A stretch of DNA of 64,000 bases from Lama glama (taxonomy: Eukaryota), in assembly GCA_028534125.1 (NCBI GenBank), contig CM052817.1:91266001-91330000 (forward strand), written 5' to 3'. Positions within the stretch are counted from its first letter, which is position 1. Each line of letters begins with the position of its first letter. A model generated the notes under the pieces. That model saw only the letters and a list, made by a program, of their open reading frames with translations. It was not told the origin of the DNA and ran no database searches. Position numbers and translations under genes: made by a program. Below are positions 50,586 through 64,000 of the stretch, piece after piece.

Positions 50586-51099
50586 GCCACAGAAATTGTT
50601 GTCATGGAAATAGAAGGGATCTCAAACCAACAAAGAAGTCATAAAATATTAGGTGAGGCTTTAAGGAAATGTAGTAAATATTCAAACATTAGAATGTTTT
50701 TAGAGTAAGTTAAATTAAGTCAATCAATTAAGGGACATGAAAAACTACCACTATATAGCTGAGAGGTCTTTTTTTCCTTAGCAAAGATCATGAATCTATA
50801 TTCAGTAAGTAATGCATTTAAAATGGCTTTCAGATCCCTACTATCTCAGGTCCCTACTGCCAGTAGAGCTCATTATTTAATGCATTTCTACTTAAGGAAA
50901 GAGAATAGAAGTAGGGCAGGATATGGAGGAGGAAAGGATAAGGAAAAGGTGGACAGCTAAAATAAGACATGGAAGAGACCTGGGAAAATTATTTTTTAGA
51001 GTTTAACTGAAATTTAGTACTTTAATTTTAAATAAAGGTACAAACCACGGTCATTTTGGCACTATCTGTGACCTCATGACCAGTAGAAATCAGGTATTT

Positions 51100-51400
51100 T
51101 CATATCATAGTAAAGTCATTACATCTATTTCAAAATGTAATTTATGTTCATCACTACTTTGGAATTATAGTAGTAAATTAGATCTGCCACTAGAGCTCAT
51201 TATTTACTGCATTATTAAAGAAGTATATGTATTAATATATCACAATTAAAAATAGTATGAAAGCTACATTTCAATATATTTGGTTCCTTGCTAATCCTAA
51301 GTATTTTATTTTATACATTTAAAAACACCATTCTAAGAGAAGGTATACAGGCTTCACTATATAGCCAACGAGGCCCATGACACAAAAGACTTAAAAACTA
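51100..51400. mobile_element. Charlie2-type hAT terminal fragment
   Basis: catttcaatatatttggttcc...gtattttattttatacatttaaaaaca...aggcttcac...cccatgacacaaaag. Confidence 0.65.
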
Positions 51401-53157
51401 TACAAAAGTTAACAGTTAATAGCTATTTTAAGTGTTCTTGACCTGTGCTAAGTTATGGGCCCCTTCATAAATCTGAGAAAACATATAGACCCTTTTCCTA
51501 GTTTACAGAAGGGCATGGAGGATGTATAAGGGACAATGATTCCTCTTCCTGAAACAGCATTATACCAAAGCACCCATTTTTTGATTTCAAAAAGAAAGGC
51601 TAGCCGTTCTAACTACCTTAATCTCTGTGACTTTTAGCTTAGTTTGGGCACTGAGTACATCTATAGCTCAAATCTGTAGAGGCAACAATTTAGTGCAAAG
51701 TGAACTGTGAATAAAGAGCCAAGGAGTTCAGTCTTTATTTCAGGTAATGGTTTAATTGTCTTATTTTATTTTTCATTTACAGTACTCACTATATTGAAGA
51801 CAACTAAATTTGTATAAAAAGTATACTTTAAAGCTCTTAAATAAGCTCCCCAAAATAAAAATTTTCAAAGTCCTCACCAATAAGATTTTTTTTTACCTCT
51901 TTAGTCTCATTTTAACCCCCTTTCTTTCTCATAATTCATATTCTAGCCATGTAGAATTCCTTTCTGTAAATCAAACAGGCTATTTTCTCCTGCCTCCAGA
52001 CTTTCAAGCCATGCTATTGTCTGCTTGGCTAATTACTTCAAATCCTTCAAATTTGTTTAAACATCTCTTACTCCAGGAGGCATTCCCTGACCTCCTAGTC
52101 ATTACTCTGCCATATACTCTCTAAACCTTCCCTAACATTTCATAACATTTTACTGCAATAACGTTTAATTGTTCATCCTCTCCACAAAGCTGAAAGCCTG
52201 ATGAGGGCAAAGACAGGGTCTTGTTTACCACAAGATAATTCATCTCCAAGCCTGACAAACTACAGGACCTCAGCAAGAGCTGTTAGAGGAATGAATGTAT
52301 AGATTTTCCTAGAGAGATGTCTTAGCATTCCTATTTGTATACCTAAGAAGTCTGCGCCATCCCCAACTTGGCAACAGTTGTAACTTTGTGTTACTCTTTT
52401 TAAAATTCTTTATAATCTGTATTTAACTCTCTCTTCAATCTAAATTAATAAAATTGTATTAGATAACAGTGTTAAATAGTAAAACTGAAAGCTAATTAGT
52501 GCTTAAAAAAACAAGTCTCAGTGCAAAGGAATGAATGCTACTAGTTCCCCAAACCAAACATCTTTTAATGATCTATTGTCTAGATATACTTATCTTTCCT
52601 TTATAAAATAGATGTTTCTTGAAAAGTATACAAATACCATTTAAAAATCATTCCTTTTCATTTATGTTTTATTAATTGACAGGACAGTTCTTTGCTTTTG
52701 GACACTATTTTCTCCTTCACGTAATTAATAGTTTGTAACATATATTCAAGTGTACTAAAAATCACTGCTATTTTAAAGAGCCCTTAAAGGATCCTGATTT
52801 AAAATGATAGTTCAGAAAGCAGAAGCCTCATTTCATTTTCTTTTTAGATTACAAAATCCAATTAAAAAGTGACAATTATGAGAAAACTATTTATTTAGTA
52901 AATGTGTCATATTAAAATACTTTTTCACCTTATATACCCTCCATAATTTAATACCTTCTATGGTTACTTTGTATATTTTGACAATACAGTTATATGGTTT
53001 TTTTAAATACCCTCTCTTAAAAGACAGTAAAGAATTTAGAGATCTTACTCAGCACAAATAGGGACTTCCATAACTGCAACTCACCTCCATTTTTCATAAA
53101 CCTGATATTTTAATATCCAATTTCCATTATGAGAATTTCATGAAGAGTCATAAATTA

Positions 53158-53333
53158 ACATATTTCATTAATTCTAAGATGTACATTTTTCTACACTTTA
53201 ACATCTCTGAAATTAGGATGTATTTTACAACTGATGGCACCCTAACATTTATAACTGGCAGCATTTTTTCTTTTAGTGGTCTAAAAATAATGTTTCTTAC
53301 AATTGATGGCATCTTAGACTAAATGAAATATAG
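53158..53333. mobile_element. MER104 (TcMar-Tc2) full-length MITE
   Basis: Terminal inverted repeats tatttcattaattctaagatg / catcttagactaaatgaaata and internal repeat ttacaa(c/t)tgatggca. Confidence 0.85.
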
Positions 53334-56039
53334 TTAATATTTAAAACTTTTCTCTAATAATGCTTTCTAACTAAATTACAGTGTAATTATAATTCAAACA
53401 ATCCTAGAATCAAAACTAAATAAACTTAAGATCTACATTTTATCTTTTGAGAAAACCAGTGACTAGGCTAAACTCAAGAAAATAGACAATTGGAAAAAAA
53501 CACTTCTTAAAAAACTTTCTAGGAAAAAGTCTACATTAGAAGCAGAAATAACAGAAGTGGGGGAAAAAAAAAGACTTGAATATGTTCAGTCAGTAGGAAC
53601 TTCCAAGGAAGTGGAGGCATGAAATAGCCCTAGAGCTTTATCTATAAAAAGAACCGATATTAGGAACATGGCAGGGGATTAACTTAGATAGCAAATTATT
53701 TAGGAGGAAAAATACTTATTGTGATCTTTCTCCCTCCATAAGGAGGAATCATTGTCACCCTTCAAACAAAAATATGGTATAGGTAGTTGAAATAATGTAA
53801 TTAAATGTAAATTGTAAACATTCTTAATAAATTAAAGACCCACCTACCAGCATTGTCTTCCTTCAGGCTCAATGTGTTTCACCTTCAGGTAATCCTAGGA
53901 TAGGGGCTCCTTTTCAGATCCCCAGTTTTTCATGTCGATCTTCTACCTCCCTGTGGCAACAATATTTTCTAATTAAAAGAGTCCTTTTGTGCCACAGGGA
54001 GGATTTCTGATGGTATAACAAATACAAAAGTTATCACAACTCATCATGAAGTCAACTTAGTCTTGAGATTCTTCAAGAAAGAAATTTTGGCTCCTTATTT
54101 TATTTTTCAAGAGAAAGCTGGTTTTTATTTTTTTTAACTGCATTTCAAAAACCTTAACTTTCATTTATTTAAAAAAAAGCACTACTTTCTTGTTGGAATT
54201 ATATACAAATTCTTATCATTCATCTATCTTTGCAACTAATCCTATATACAATTTTGTTGATCATGAATAAAAGATTTCTAAGTTCTCTTGACAATTATTC
54301 TAATTAATAAGACCAACTTTTTATGTTTTGATACCTGGTTAAAAACTTAAGTCCTGCTCCCTATGATCAGAAGAGAGAAGTAGGAAGCTACCAGATCCCT
54401 TTCAGCCAATGTATGTTAGTAAAAATTAGTAAGGCTACTTGCATTGCATAATATGATGTTAATTATGCTTAAAAAATACATTTAAAAAGACCAGCAGGAA
54501 ATTTAGAAAAGCAGTAGTTACTGTTCTCTCTCTGGTAAGATTATGCGTGATCTTCACTGTTTGTTTATTCTTTGCAATACTCAATTTTTCCAGTGAGCAT
54601 GTATTGCTTTTATTGTAAGAAAATAAACTCAAATTTACATATAAGCAAAAATGATTAAAACTTACTTTCATTTTAAGATGAAGTCAATCTAAGTATGACA
54701 TTATAGCTTTGATTTATTTTATACAACCATATTTATCTTTTTTGGATGGCCAACTTTCTATATTTTAAATAACCCTAAAGTATTCAATATTTCATATATA
54801 AACAAAAAAGGAAACATAATTTAAGTTTTTATAAAGATAGTTCTTCATTATACTGCAATTCTAAGTCAGAACTCAGATTGTTTCAGTCTGCATTTCCTAC
54901 CAGCTATGTGTTAAATACTGCATTATATACTATATTCAACAAAATAAAATTGTAGTGTCTGTCTTCCAGGGACTTATATGCTCACTTTGAAAACAAAAGG
55001 AGTATACACACAAGGACAGTAAAAGAAAGAAAATGATCAAGTGCCTAAATCCAGATGGTCTAACAGAAGATCAGGAAAGGGAACGATTAATGTAGGATAC
55101 TGTGGACAGTATCATGTAGTTGGGCCTAAAAGAATGAATAATATACTTGAAGATATTCTTGATAGAAAACTATACCTGAGCAAAATCTCAAAAGCATAAA
55201 TAGCACAGCCATGCAAGGGGCAGTCAGGGAAACAGCTAGAATACAGTGTTTCTGTAGATAAAGCCAGATTAGGAAGGCTCTACTTCTAGATTTCTGGATT
55301 AATCTGCAGGTCACTGAATTTGGCAGAGGAGTGGCCTTTGAAATCTGATAAATAAAGCTTCAGGACAATGATAAATTTAGATGCCAGAGCACAGTAAATT
55401 AAGGAAGGAATGAGGAGGAAAAGTACAGACAGGAGGTATAAAACATCTCCTTTTTAAAAGTCAAAGTGAAAGGAAAGAGAAAAATACAGAAATAAACAAA
55501 TTTTCTGTTTTGATGTATAAGACCTTCACATGTGAAGGCAAAAGAAAGGTCTTAATGAAATTAAGGGAACACTTACAGGGCATATCACAAGCACTGTGCT
55601 TTATAGGTTTATTTTATATAATTCTCACAACTCTGAATTCCTATTTTATGACAGTGAGATAGACTCTGGAAAGGTTAAATACTACCAAGTAAATGATAAA
55701 GCAAAAGTCTGAAACTAGGACTAACTAACCCAATCAATATTCTTCCCTTTCCTACTAAAGAGAGCTACTTAAAAGGCTTTTTTTTTTTTAAAAAAAAGCT
55801 CAGGAATAGTCATCTAGGATTTTCTATCATATTTGACTACTCTTCTTCCCGTTCTTCAAGATGTAAACATTCTCTAAAGTTCCCTCTGTTCTCGATCATA
55901 GGGAAACAAATACAGAATTTAAAAATCTTCCCCCTTAGGGAAATCTCTCAAATACCTTTCATTTCAATGAAATAGAGCTTTCATTTATTTCCATGGCTTC
56001 AATGAGGATGATTCCCAAATCCATCTCTCCTTGACTTTT

Positions 56040-56426
56040 CTGTACTAAGCTTCAGTTGTACTAATATTTCATTTCTCTCTCCATATCTATCCCCACCCTT
56101 CTTTACTCTCTGTCCCAAGAGGCTGACTCCCCTGGCTCCTCCTCTGTGGCACTGCCTTCAAACCAGTTACATCCTTTGATCAAAGGTCCCAGATTCTCTC
56201 AGAGCTCTCTCCAGGGCTCTCTCTTCTTTTGGGTTCCAGTAACCCTTCCCTCTGTTTGGCCCTTGGGCGAAAGGACAGAAACAGCTCTGATACTGCCAGC
56301 TCTAGGATACTGCCCTATCACTGTACACTTGCCCACATATTTGTAACTAGCCATTTATTAAAATATTCCTTAAATTATCGTAACTTGAATATGCCCTCTT
56401 TTTTGTGATGGGACACTGACCATACA
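56040..56426 (+). mobile_element. ERVL LTR (LTR33/LTR16-like)
   Basis: cttgcccacatatttgtaactagccatttattaaa...gggacactgaccataca terminus. Confidence 0.55.
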
Positions 56427-58211
56427 CTTGTACATCTTTAAATAACTAAATTATTTCCCCTTGGATGCTCTGCTTCAACTCACAATTCAACATGCTTATT
56501 ACCAAACTTATCTGCTTCCAGAAGCAATCCTGTCTTCCTAAACCCTTATATGATACCATTGCCATCACTTAGAATGAGAAAACTGAGTACTTACCTAACT
56601 ATGCTTCTCCCCGTAATCTGTCACGTCTTATTAGATCTTACATAGTAGAAATGCTAATATAAGTCCCTTCTGTTCCTATTGCTTCAACCTTGTTTTAATA
56701 TTTCTCAAGCCATCCCTAACTCATACTGTAACAGCTAGTCTTTCTGCCTTATCTTTTCCCCTACAATTCACCCTCTACCTACTCAGATGCTAATTACCTA
56801 ACACTTTCTACTCAAAACCTCTCAAATCTTTCTGCTTCTTACATACTTAATTACTAAACCTTCCGTTGAAACCACAATCTTCTCACAATTCTTAATGGAA
56901 TGTCCTGTTAATGTTTTACTTATTATCTTCTAAACGTGTCTTGAATTTCTACATTCCACTCATTTGTTAATTTTATTTCCCTTAATCTACATGCCTTTTG
57001 CCTACAGACAAAATCCTACCATTTGTCCTCCTTCTCCACTTTCTCTAAAACATTCCCTAATCCTGTAAATTGAAATTTCCTCTTCTGAAAACTTCTTTGA
57101 ATTTGTAAATAGTGCTTAATTGATTCTACACTGCTTTATATTTTGACCATAATGCATACATTTTATCTCCACAACTAAATTACTACCTCCTCGAGAGAAA
57201 AAAACATGTTGAACACAGTGCCCTTGCACACAACAAATGCAAAATATTTATTGATGTATTCTCATAAATTAAGGTAGAAGATTACAAGATAAACATAGTA
57301 AGTTAAGGTGCAAGATGAAGAAGCAGATTCTTAACAGCTCAATCTTCTCAGCCAAGTCTTAAAAGATTTCTAGGAAAACTTTATTAATGAGTGCATTGGT
57401 ATAAACTCTACTTTTTACATGATAATCTGTAATAACCTTTTAAAGTTTATATATTCTTTATATATACATGCATCTGTATATATATATATATAATTTTTTA
57501 AAGAGTGGACATAAAAATTGAATTTTGGTATCTTAGGGAATCCAAGAGACTCCTCTCCACCCACAACCTACCAGTTTCCCCAGAAGCCTCGAGAACTGGT
57601 AGTATTTCCAGCCTGCCAGAGTCGAGACCACCCTTCATCCATACTTCATCACTATTCTTCAAAGGCTCTTTATGATTACTAAACTTCAGTTATCATCAAA
57701 AAGCAATTTATAGATTTATAGGTTTAGATGAATATGTCTATTTTTAAAGTTTCAAATGCATTTTGTTTTTCCTATATAATGTAAGAGATTTACTATTACA
57801 TACGAGCTCTGAGAGAGAAATGTAGACTTTAAGTCTATAAAAAGGTGAATTAAAATGACCTATAATTACTGCTAACAAAATAAGAAATCATTTTATGCAC
57901 AAAATAATGAAGATAGCTAAATGTACACCATTGTATGATTTCAGTACTCCTGCCTATGGACATATATGTATGGGTATATAGGGATAAAAGAAGAAAAACT
58001 TCAATGTAAACATGTTGAGAACTGATATAACAGATCAATAAATATAATTAAGAAATTTTTTAGATGAATATAATTTTAAATTATAATGTAGGAGCATTCC
58101 AGGAAGTGTTTCCTAGATATATAAAAGGAAATCTTATTCTATACAGATCTCATTGCCACCAATTCACCGAATAGAAACTGCTATAGCCATCTTTAAAATA
58201 TTCCTTTTCTT

Positions 58212-58350
58212 GGAATTTGACACAACATTGTAAAATGACTATAACTCAATAAAAAAAGTTTAAAAATAAAAATGAATCAAAAATAAAATAAACGTATGTA
58301 CTAACAACAACAACAAAAGAAACAAGGCATCAAATAAATAAATAAATAAA
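58212..58350 (+). mobile_element. Tiny L1 3' terminus with compound A-rich tail
   Basis: gaatttgacacaacattgtaaaatgactataactcaataaaaaa; flanking repeat tccttttctt. Confidence 0.7.
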
Positions 58351-60779
58351 TAATCCTTTTCTTTACTTCCCAGTCTGCTTATTCTCCCAAACCTACACAT
58401 ACATGGAAGGTAAAATTTATATCACCACAACAAATGAACCAGACTCTAATCTAACCTAAAAGGAAACATGCATTATAATAAGTCATAATAACCTCTATTC
58501 ATCTATGTAGGCTTTAGATAACAGGAGAATAAAAATTTATTAAGATCCAAACTCATTTAAAAATGCATTTTATTCTTTAAGTAAAAACAAAATTAAGCTC
58601 AGATTAACTGATTCTAAACTTATTTTTATATATTGACTAACAATCCTTACTAAGTTACTATGACCCATAGTATTTTAAAATAAATTAGTATCTTATAGTC
58701 TCCAAGTTCTGCATGCTTTATGATGAATAAATGTGAGTGTATTAAATTGTTCCAATTACAGATGTGTCAGCCAGAAGTTTTCAGTCTGAATTTGGCATTG
58801 CCTTTAGAAGAGTTATATATGAATTCTACATTTTACAGTGTTGTTCCATAAAAAGAGGTAAGAATAGCTATTCTTTATTTTCAGAAGTAATAAAGCAAGC
58901 ATAGACTTTTTTTCTTTACATTCATGAGCCAGAATGGAATTAAAAATAAAATGTAAGATGAATTTCTCAGGTGCTTTTAGAGTATTTTAGAAAAATGTAA
59001 GTTATTTACTAACATTTCCATTCAGTGTTGAAGAAGAAATCTAAAAAATATTATCAAGTATCCAAAAACCACTTTTAAGATATCCTAAAAGTAACTGTTC
59101 TTTTACCCAGACTTTGTATATGCTCTTTTTCAATATTACAGTCACTCATATCCCTGCCCTGCAAATGATATCATCATCCTCTGAGTTCAAAAAGACTAAA
59201 AAAATAAAGTCCCTTAAGTGGGTTATATACACTTCTTATTTGGAAGTATTTTTACTTGATTAATGAACCACTGACCATCAAAAACTGTACCACCAGTAAG
59301 ATTTGGCCAACATGTTCTGGTATTTTAAGGTGAATTTAAATTTCTACAATACAAACTTGGCACTGTAGTTTTCATTTTTACAAAGTTTTCAATTTGCTAC
59401 CAAAATCATAGTCTTCCTTTTTTTTTTTTTTGATCAAAACATTTTCCAAAAATTTCAATCAGGTTCTATTTTTTTCATTCAAGTATTAAGTTATCATACT
59501 TTTTTCTTGTATTATTGGTTTTCTATTTAGTTATGCTCCTATAATAAAATCAGTTACAATATCTACTTCAAAATATCATCCTACATAATAGTTTTTTAAG
59601 TGTTCTTCCTATTCGTTTCCTCAAGAGGAAAATTATCTCGCCACTAAACTTCTAGCTTCAGACTGGAAAACTCTCCAAACTCAAAAAAACACACATATCT
59701 TCCTGCCACTTGCATTATCTACTGTAAATCAAGTACCATTCCAGACTATAGTCACGAAGCCTTTATGAAGTGTAAAGCTAGCTGTTCTGATGAAAAGAAT
59801 TGATGACCACTTCACATGGGGTTTGCTGGCACTGTTGTCATCACTGCTCCAAAGAGCAAGGTAACCTCCAATCCCTTAGCTCAATGAAAAGTAAAACTGG
59901 AGAAAGAACAGCTTTAAGATGAAAAAAGCTAACAGTCCTAGGGAGTGCTACTAGGCCTCAGTAAGCAGAAAGACATCAAATACACAGCACTTTTTTTTTT
60001 TTTACAGCACTTTTAATCATAAGACTTTGCTACATTTGTAGAAATGTATCTGAATTATTAAGAATTTTTATAAGGACTATAAACCAAGCATAAAAATTTT
60101 TTCCATTAACTGATGAAGATAAATTTTAATGTATATTATTATAAAACTGCCACCTTCTGGTAAAAAAAAAAAAAAAACCCTCTATTTTCTTTATGGTCAA
60201 TGGCAAAAATGAAAAGGTTTCTCCAAGAATTACATATACTAATCCTCAATTAAACATACAGGTATCTCACCACAGACATAGGTGAAATATCAAAATTTCT
60301 AAGACAAAAAGGGAAGGAGAATCTGATAGACTAATCCAAAGATGCTTTTGACCTAAGAAAAAAGAAATCATACTGCTCCCCTGATACTAATCAAAAGAAA
60401 CTCTTAATCTACTACAGAATGAGATTACTGTATTTCTTGAATTAAAAAAAAATTATATACTAGCCTACTGACTTCTACAAGTTCTAACTAGTCAATATTT
60501 CCACTTCCAGAAAAACATGACAAAAATAGTTTCATTATTATTGGCCTATAATTTTGTCCTTAAGGTCCATGATATGAGATTCTACTTCAAAGAATTATAA
60601 TGTAGAACTTCTTATATGTATATATAAATTCTCTTAAACAAGAGATGTTTCACTGGTTTCCAAGCTCTACTAAACAGCATTAAAGAGGTTTTTCAGTGTG
60701 TTATTCATCTGGTAATAGTAATGTTGACACTTACAAAATGAGAACATTATAAATAATGAACATTTTATGAGATGTCTAC

Positions 60780-60945
60780 CTGTTTCCACATTCTCGGTTT
60801 CAACTTCTTGTTCTTCTGCCACATCTTGCATCATATAAGTCTCATCATCATAAACCAGAACCTGGGCTGCATAGCCCTGCTCTAATCTGGCACTTGGAAC
60901 TGGCTCCACAATCACTGCTGGATATTCAGAAACCTTTTCACTTTC
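60780..60945 (-). CDS. ELF2: ELF2 long-isoform (NERF-2/ELF2A) coding exon, acidic activation region
   Basis: Acceptor tttgctcttatag|GA, donor ACAG|gtagac. Translates ESEKVSEYPAVIVEPVPSARLEQGYAAQVLVYDDETYMMQDVAEEQEVETENVET; the start exon is beyond the window end. Confidence 0.97.
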
Positions 60946-61159
60946 CTATAAGAGCAAATTTAAAAAACAATCAACCTCTTCATTCACAAATTCTAGATTC
61001 ACTTATAAATCCTTGAGTTCATATAGTCTCAAGGAGTCCACACGTTTCATGTTTTATAAATATGAACGTAAAAACTAAAACAAGGGATGAAAAGGGCTAA
61101 CTTTAATAATCTTTTCAAGTCTCAAAAAGTGAGACATACATTAAACATTTTAAATAATC

Positions 61160-62690
61160 AGGGCTTTAGGATTAAGATGGCAAATTAAAAACATGCATAT
61201 ATTTTCACTCTCATGAAAGCCCACTAAAATGCAATAAAAAACTTTAGACATAAACTGATAAGAAGAGATAAGAGCAACAAAAGAGAAGAGATAAGAGCAA
61301 CAAAATCTTGGAAGACTGAAAGTGGATGGATGAATATTATTAAGTGGTTTAGCAGACCCAGGAAAGCCAAATCATAGCCTGGCAGCAAAAAAATAAATGA
61401 GACACAACACACTTTACACTGGAGAATCCACAGAAGGCAATACCAATTACTTCTGGAAATAGAGGAGCAGCAGGTGGTGGAGAAAGAAGGGGAGGGAGGG
61501 GATTAAAACAAGGAAGATTCCATTAAAGTTGTTTGAAAAGCACTTTTTATTCCTAGACCTCCTCCCTCTTCCATGATGCTAGGCAACCGGCCCTTCCCCA
61601 CCTCAGCAGAAGACTGGAGAGTTACTTTCTGGAGAGAGAAAAACAAGAGCATCTTTGAGGTATACAGGCACATTTGCTAATATCAGTACTGTACCAAAAC
61701 AGAGTTTCCAATTAACTTTTTAGTCCTTCAATTTTAATCACGAGCAGACAACCGAGTATTATCTGGGCATTCTATCATCCAAGGAAAAGCTGCTGACACA
61801 AAGCATATCATATACATGCATACACACATATATATTTATATTCCTCAAAGAGATAACAGAAGATATATCTATAAAACAAGAACAGAATACAATTTAATAA
61901 AGAACGTTAAAAAATAAAGAGTTCTTAGAAATTAAAAACACAATAGCTGAAATGAAGAAACAGAGGCTTGGAGGATAAAACTGAAGCAGTCTTCCAGGAA
62001 CCAGAAAAAAAGATACAGGAGAGAAAAGAGGACACTATTCAAAACTAGTACAGGAGGTCCAATATCAAATAATAGAAGTTCCAGAAAGAGAAAACGGGGG
62101 GTTGAGGGGGAGGTTGGAAAGAAATGAAGGAACTCCAGAAAAATTTCCACTCAAAGGATATGAGCTGCCCATTTAAAAGGACCTACCAAGTGTTCAGTAT
62201 AAACAAATTAAGGATGAGACCTACACTGAGGCACACCATGGTGAAATGTCACAAAACTAAGGACAAAAAGATTCTATACAATTCTTGAAAGAAAATACAG
62301 GTCACAAACAAAGAATCAGAACTCAGACTTCAGTCATCTCAACAGTCATACTGGAAGGAAGAGGACACTGGGGCCATTTCTTCAAAATTATAAAGGAAAA
62401 TTATTTCCAACCTGCAATTCTTCATCCAAATCATCTTATCAAAGAAGAATAAAGACATTTTCTCAGACATGAAAGATTTCAAAACATTTATCTTCTATGT
62501 ATCTTTTCTCAAGAAGCAACTGGAGAGTGTATTCCATTTTTTTAAAAAGTATATTTTTAATAAAGACAACAACTTAGGATACCCAACAAGGGAGAGAGAT
62601 AATGGTAATCTTAGGAGGAATGGACTGTGAAGAGATTCCAAGATACCAGATGTTCCCTGGATTTAAAGGGTAACTAGTTCCATTGGAGCA
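61160..62690 (+). mobile_element. HAL1 / L1 ORF1-like relic
   Basis: aagatggc 5' motif; aggaggtccaatatcaaataatagaagttccagaaagagaaaac, ggaaaattatttccaacctgcaattct, ttttctcaagaagcaactggag. Confidence 0.7.
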
Positions 62691-64000
62691 ATGTGACCCC
62701 TGATACAGCATGAGAAACTGTCATCATCAAGATAACCACTGCCACTGTTCCTAAAGGCAGAATGCCCAGATAAGCCTATTCTAGATATTTACTCATATTT
62801 GGCTTGCCTTAATGTACCTACTCACTCCACCTTGCCTTGCTACCTGATCAGCTAAGAACACTCCTTTTCACCTCCCAGATGTGTTCCGCTTCGATCTATC
62901 TTAAGTGTTGGAAGACTACAAAGAGCTTAGAAACCAAAAATAAAGAACAACACTCTTTCCACGTGACCAGATACCTGCTGAACAAACCTGCAATACTGGG
63001 TCCATACTGGACACTGCCAGATACCTAACCAAGACAGCCCTGTGTTTCCAAAATAACTCATTATATTGCTTACAGATTACTCAAGTAGAAACCCTTGAAG
63101 CTCAGTGAAACTGATGCCAGGCTAGTAAGTCTGTTTCCTGGAAGCCTTCATCTAACTATGGTAGTGCTGCCTTTCCTAATTCAGCGTAGTACAACTATTC
63201 ATTTTTTCAAAGTAAACAATGTGTTGTTTAGGAATATATCCACAAACAATAAAACTATAAAGAAAAGTAAAGGAATGAGAACACATAAGTCAAGATAATG
63301 GCACCTCTGGAGACAGGGGTGGGGATATAAGGTGGGGCACACTTAAGTATTCTCAAATACTGGTAATTTCTATTTTTTAACCGGAGTGATAGGTTACACG
63401 TCCTCTTATTATTCTTAAATTGAAATATATATATATATATTTTATATACTCTTCATTTTGTATGAAACATTGCATAACATTTTAAGATAAATTACAGAGA
63501 TACAGTGAATTTTAAAAAAGAAAGTACATGTTGAATATTAACATTGAATTTGCTATTCTGTATAAGGCAAAAAATGTAAGTCAAACTTTTTAATGTCAAA
63601 AAAAAATCTTTCCCACAAACTGGATGTACTGACAATGGACTCTTCATGCTTCTTGATCAGCTTTATAACCACAGCCTACAGGCTGCACCACCTAGCTATA
63701 CAACAGCTGTTAATGAGAAGCATGGGATACAGAAAGAGTGATGTCTCCACTCATTAGAAACTCAGAAAGCAACATCATAAGCACCTTTGAACTAGTATTG
63801 GTCCAAGCAATACATATTTTCTTTATATATAACCCAAGAAATTTTTAACTTTTTATTCTTTCAAAATCTAACAGTATTTTTAATAATAACATTAATCTGA
63901 GATTATTTTTTATTGTGAATTCCCCACTCCCACCGTACCAGTAGGAAATAAATCTAATTTGCTGAACTATGAAATACTTGATGACTAGAATTCTGTATAA

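Overview
Mammalian genomic DNA, very probably a camelid (camel/alpaca/llama), judged from three copies of a tRNA-derived Vic-1-type SINE. Two genes lie tail-to-tail. On the + strand are exons 2 and 3 of NOCT (nocturnin/CCRN4L); exon 1 is upstream of the window and the C-terminal third of the CDS is hidden in a 500-N gap (4927-5426). On the - strand is most of ELF2 (NERF, ETS transcription factor): one coding exon of the long isoform (60780-60945), an internal CpG-island promoter with the alternative first exon of the short NERF-1 isoform (33194-33251) and six shared exons ending at the stop at 15113. The short isoform assembles into a complete 1605-bp, 534-aa ORF. The rest is intron/intergenic DNA with L1, HAL1, L2, MIR, MaLR/ERVL LTRs, Tigger/Charlie/MER DNA-transposon relics and a full-length U6 retrocopy with a target-site duplication. 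I find no convincing new multi-gene system. The best leads are a possible post-transcriptional control layer on ELF2: a 27-nt stop-containing microexon candidate, a hairpin-masked cassette exon candidate, a +4 tandem donor that would truncate the protein, and a start-stop element, alongside an ETS-motif-rich internal promoter. Gene and repeat names come from recalled consensus sequences, not database searches; repeat boundaries are approximate.
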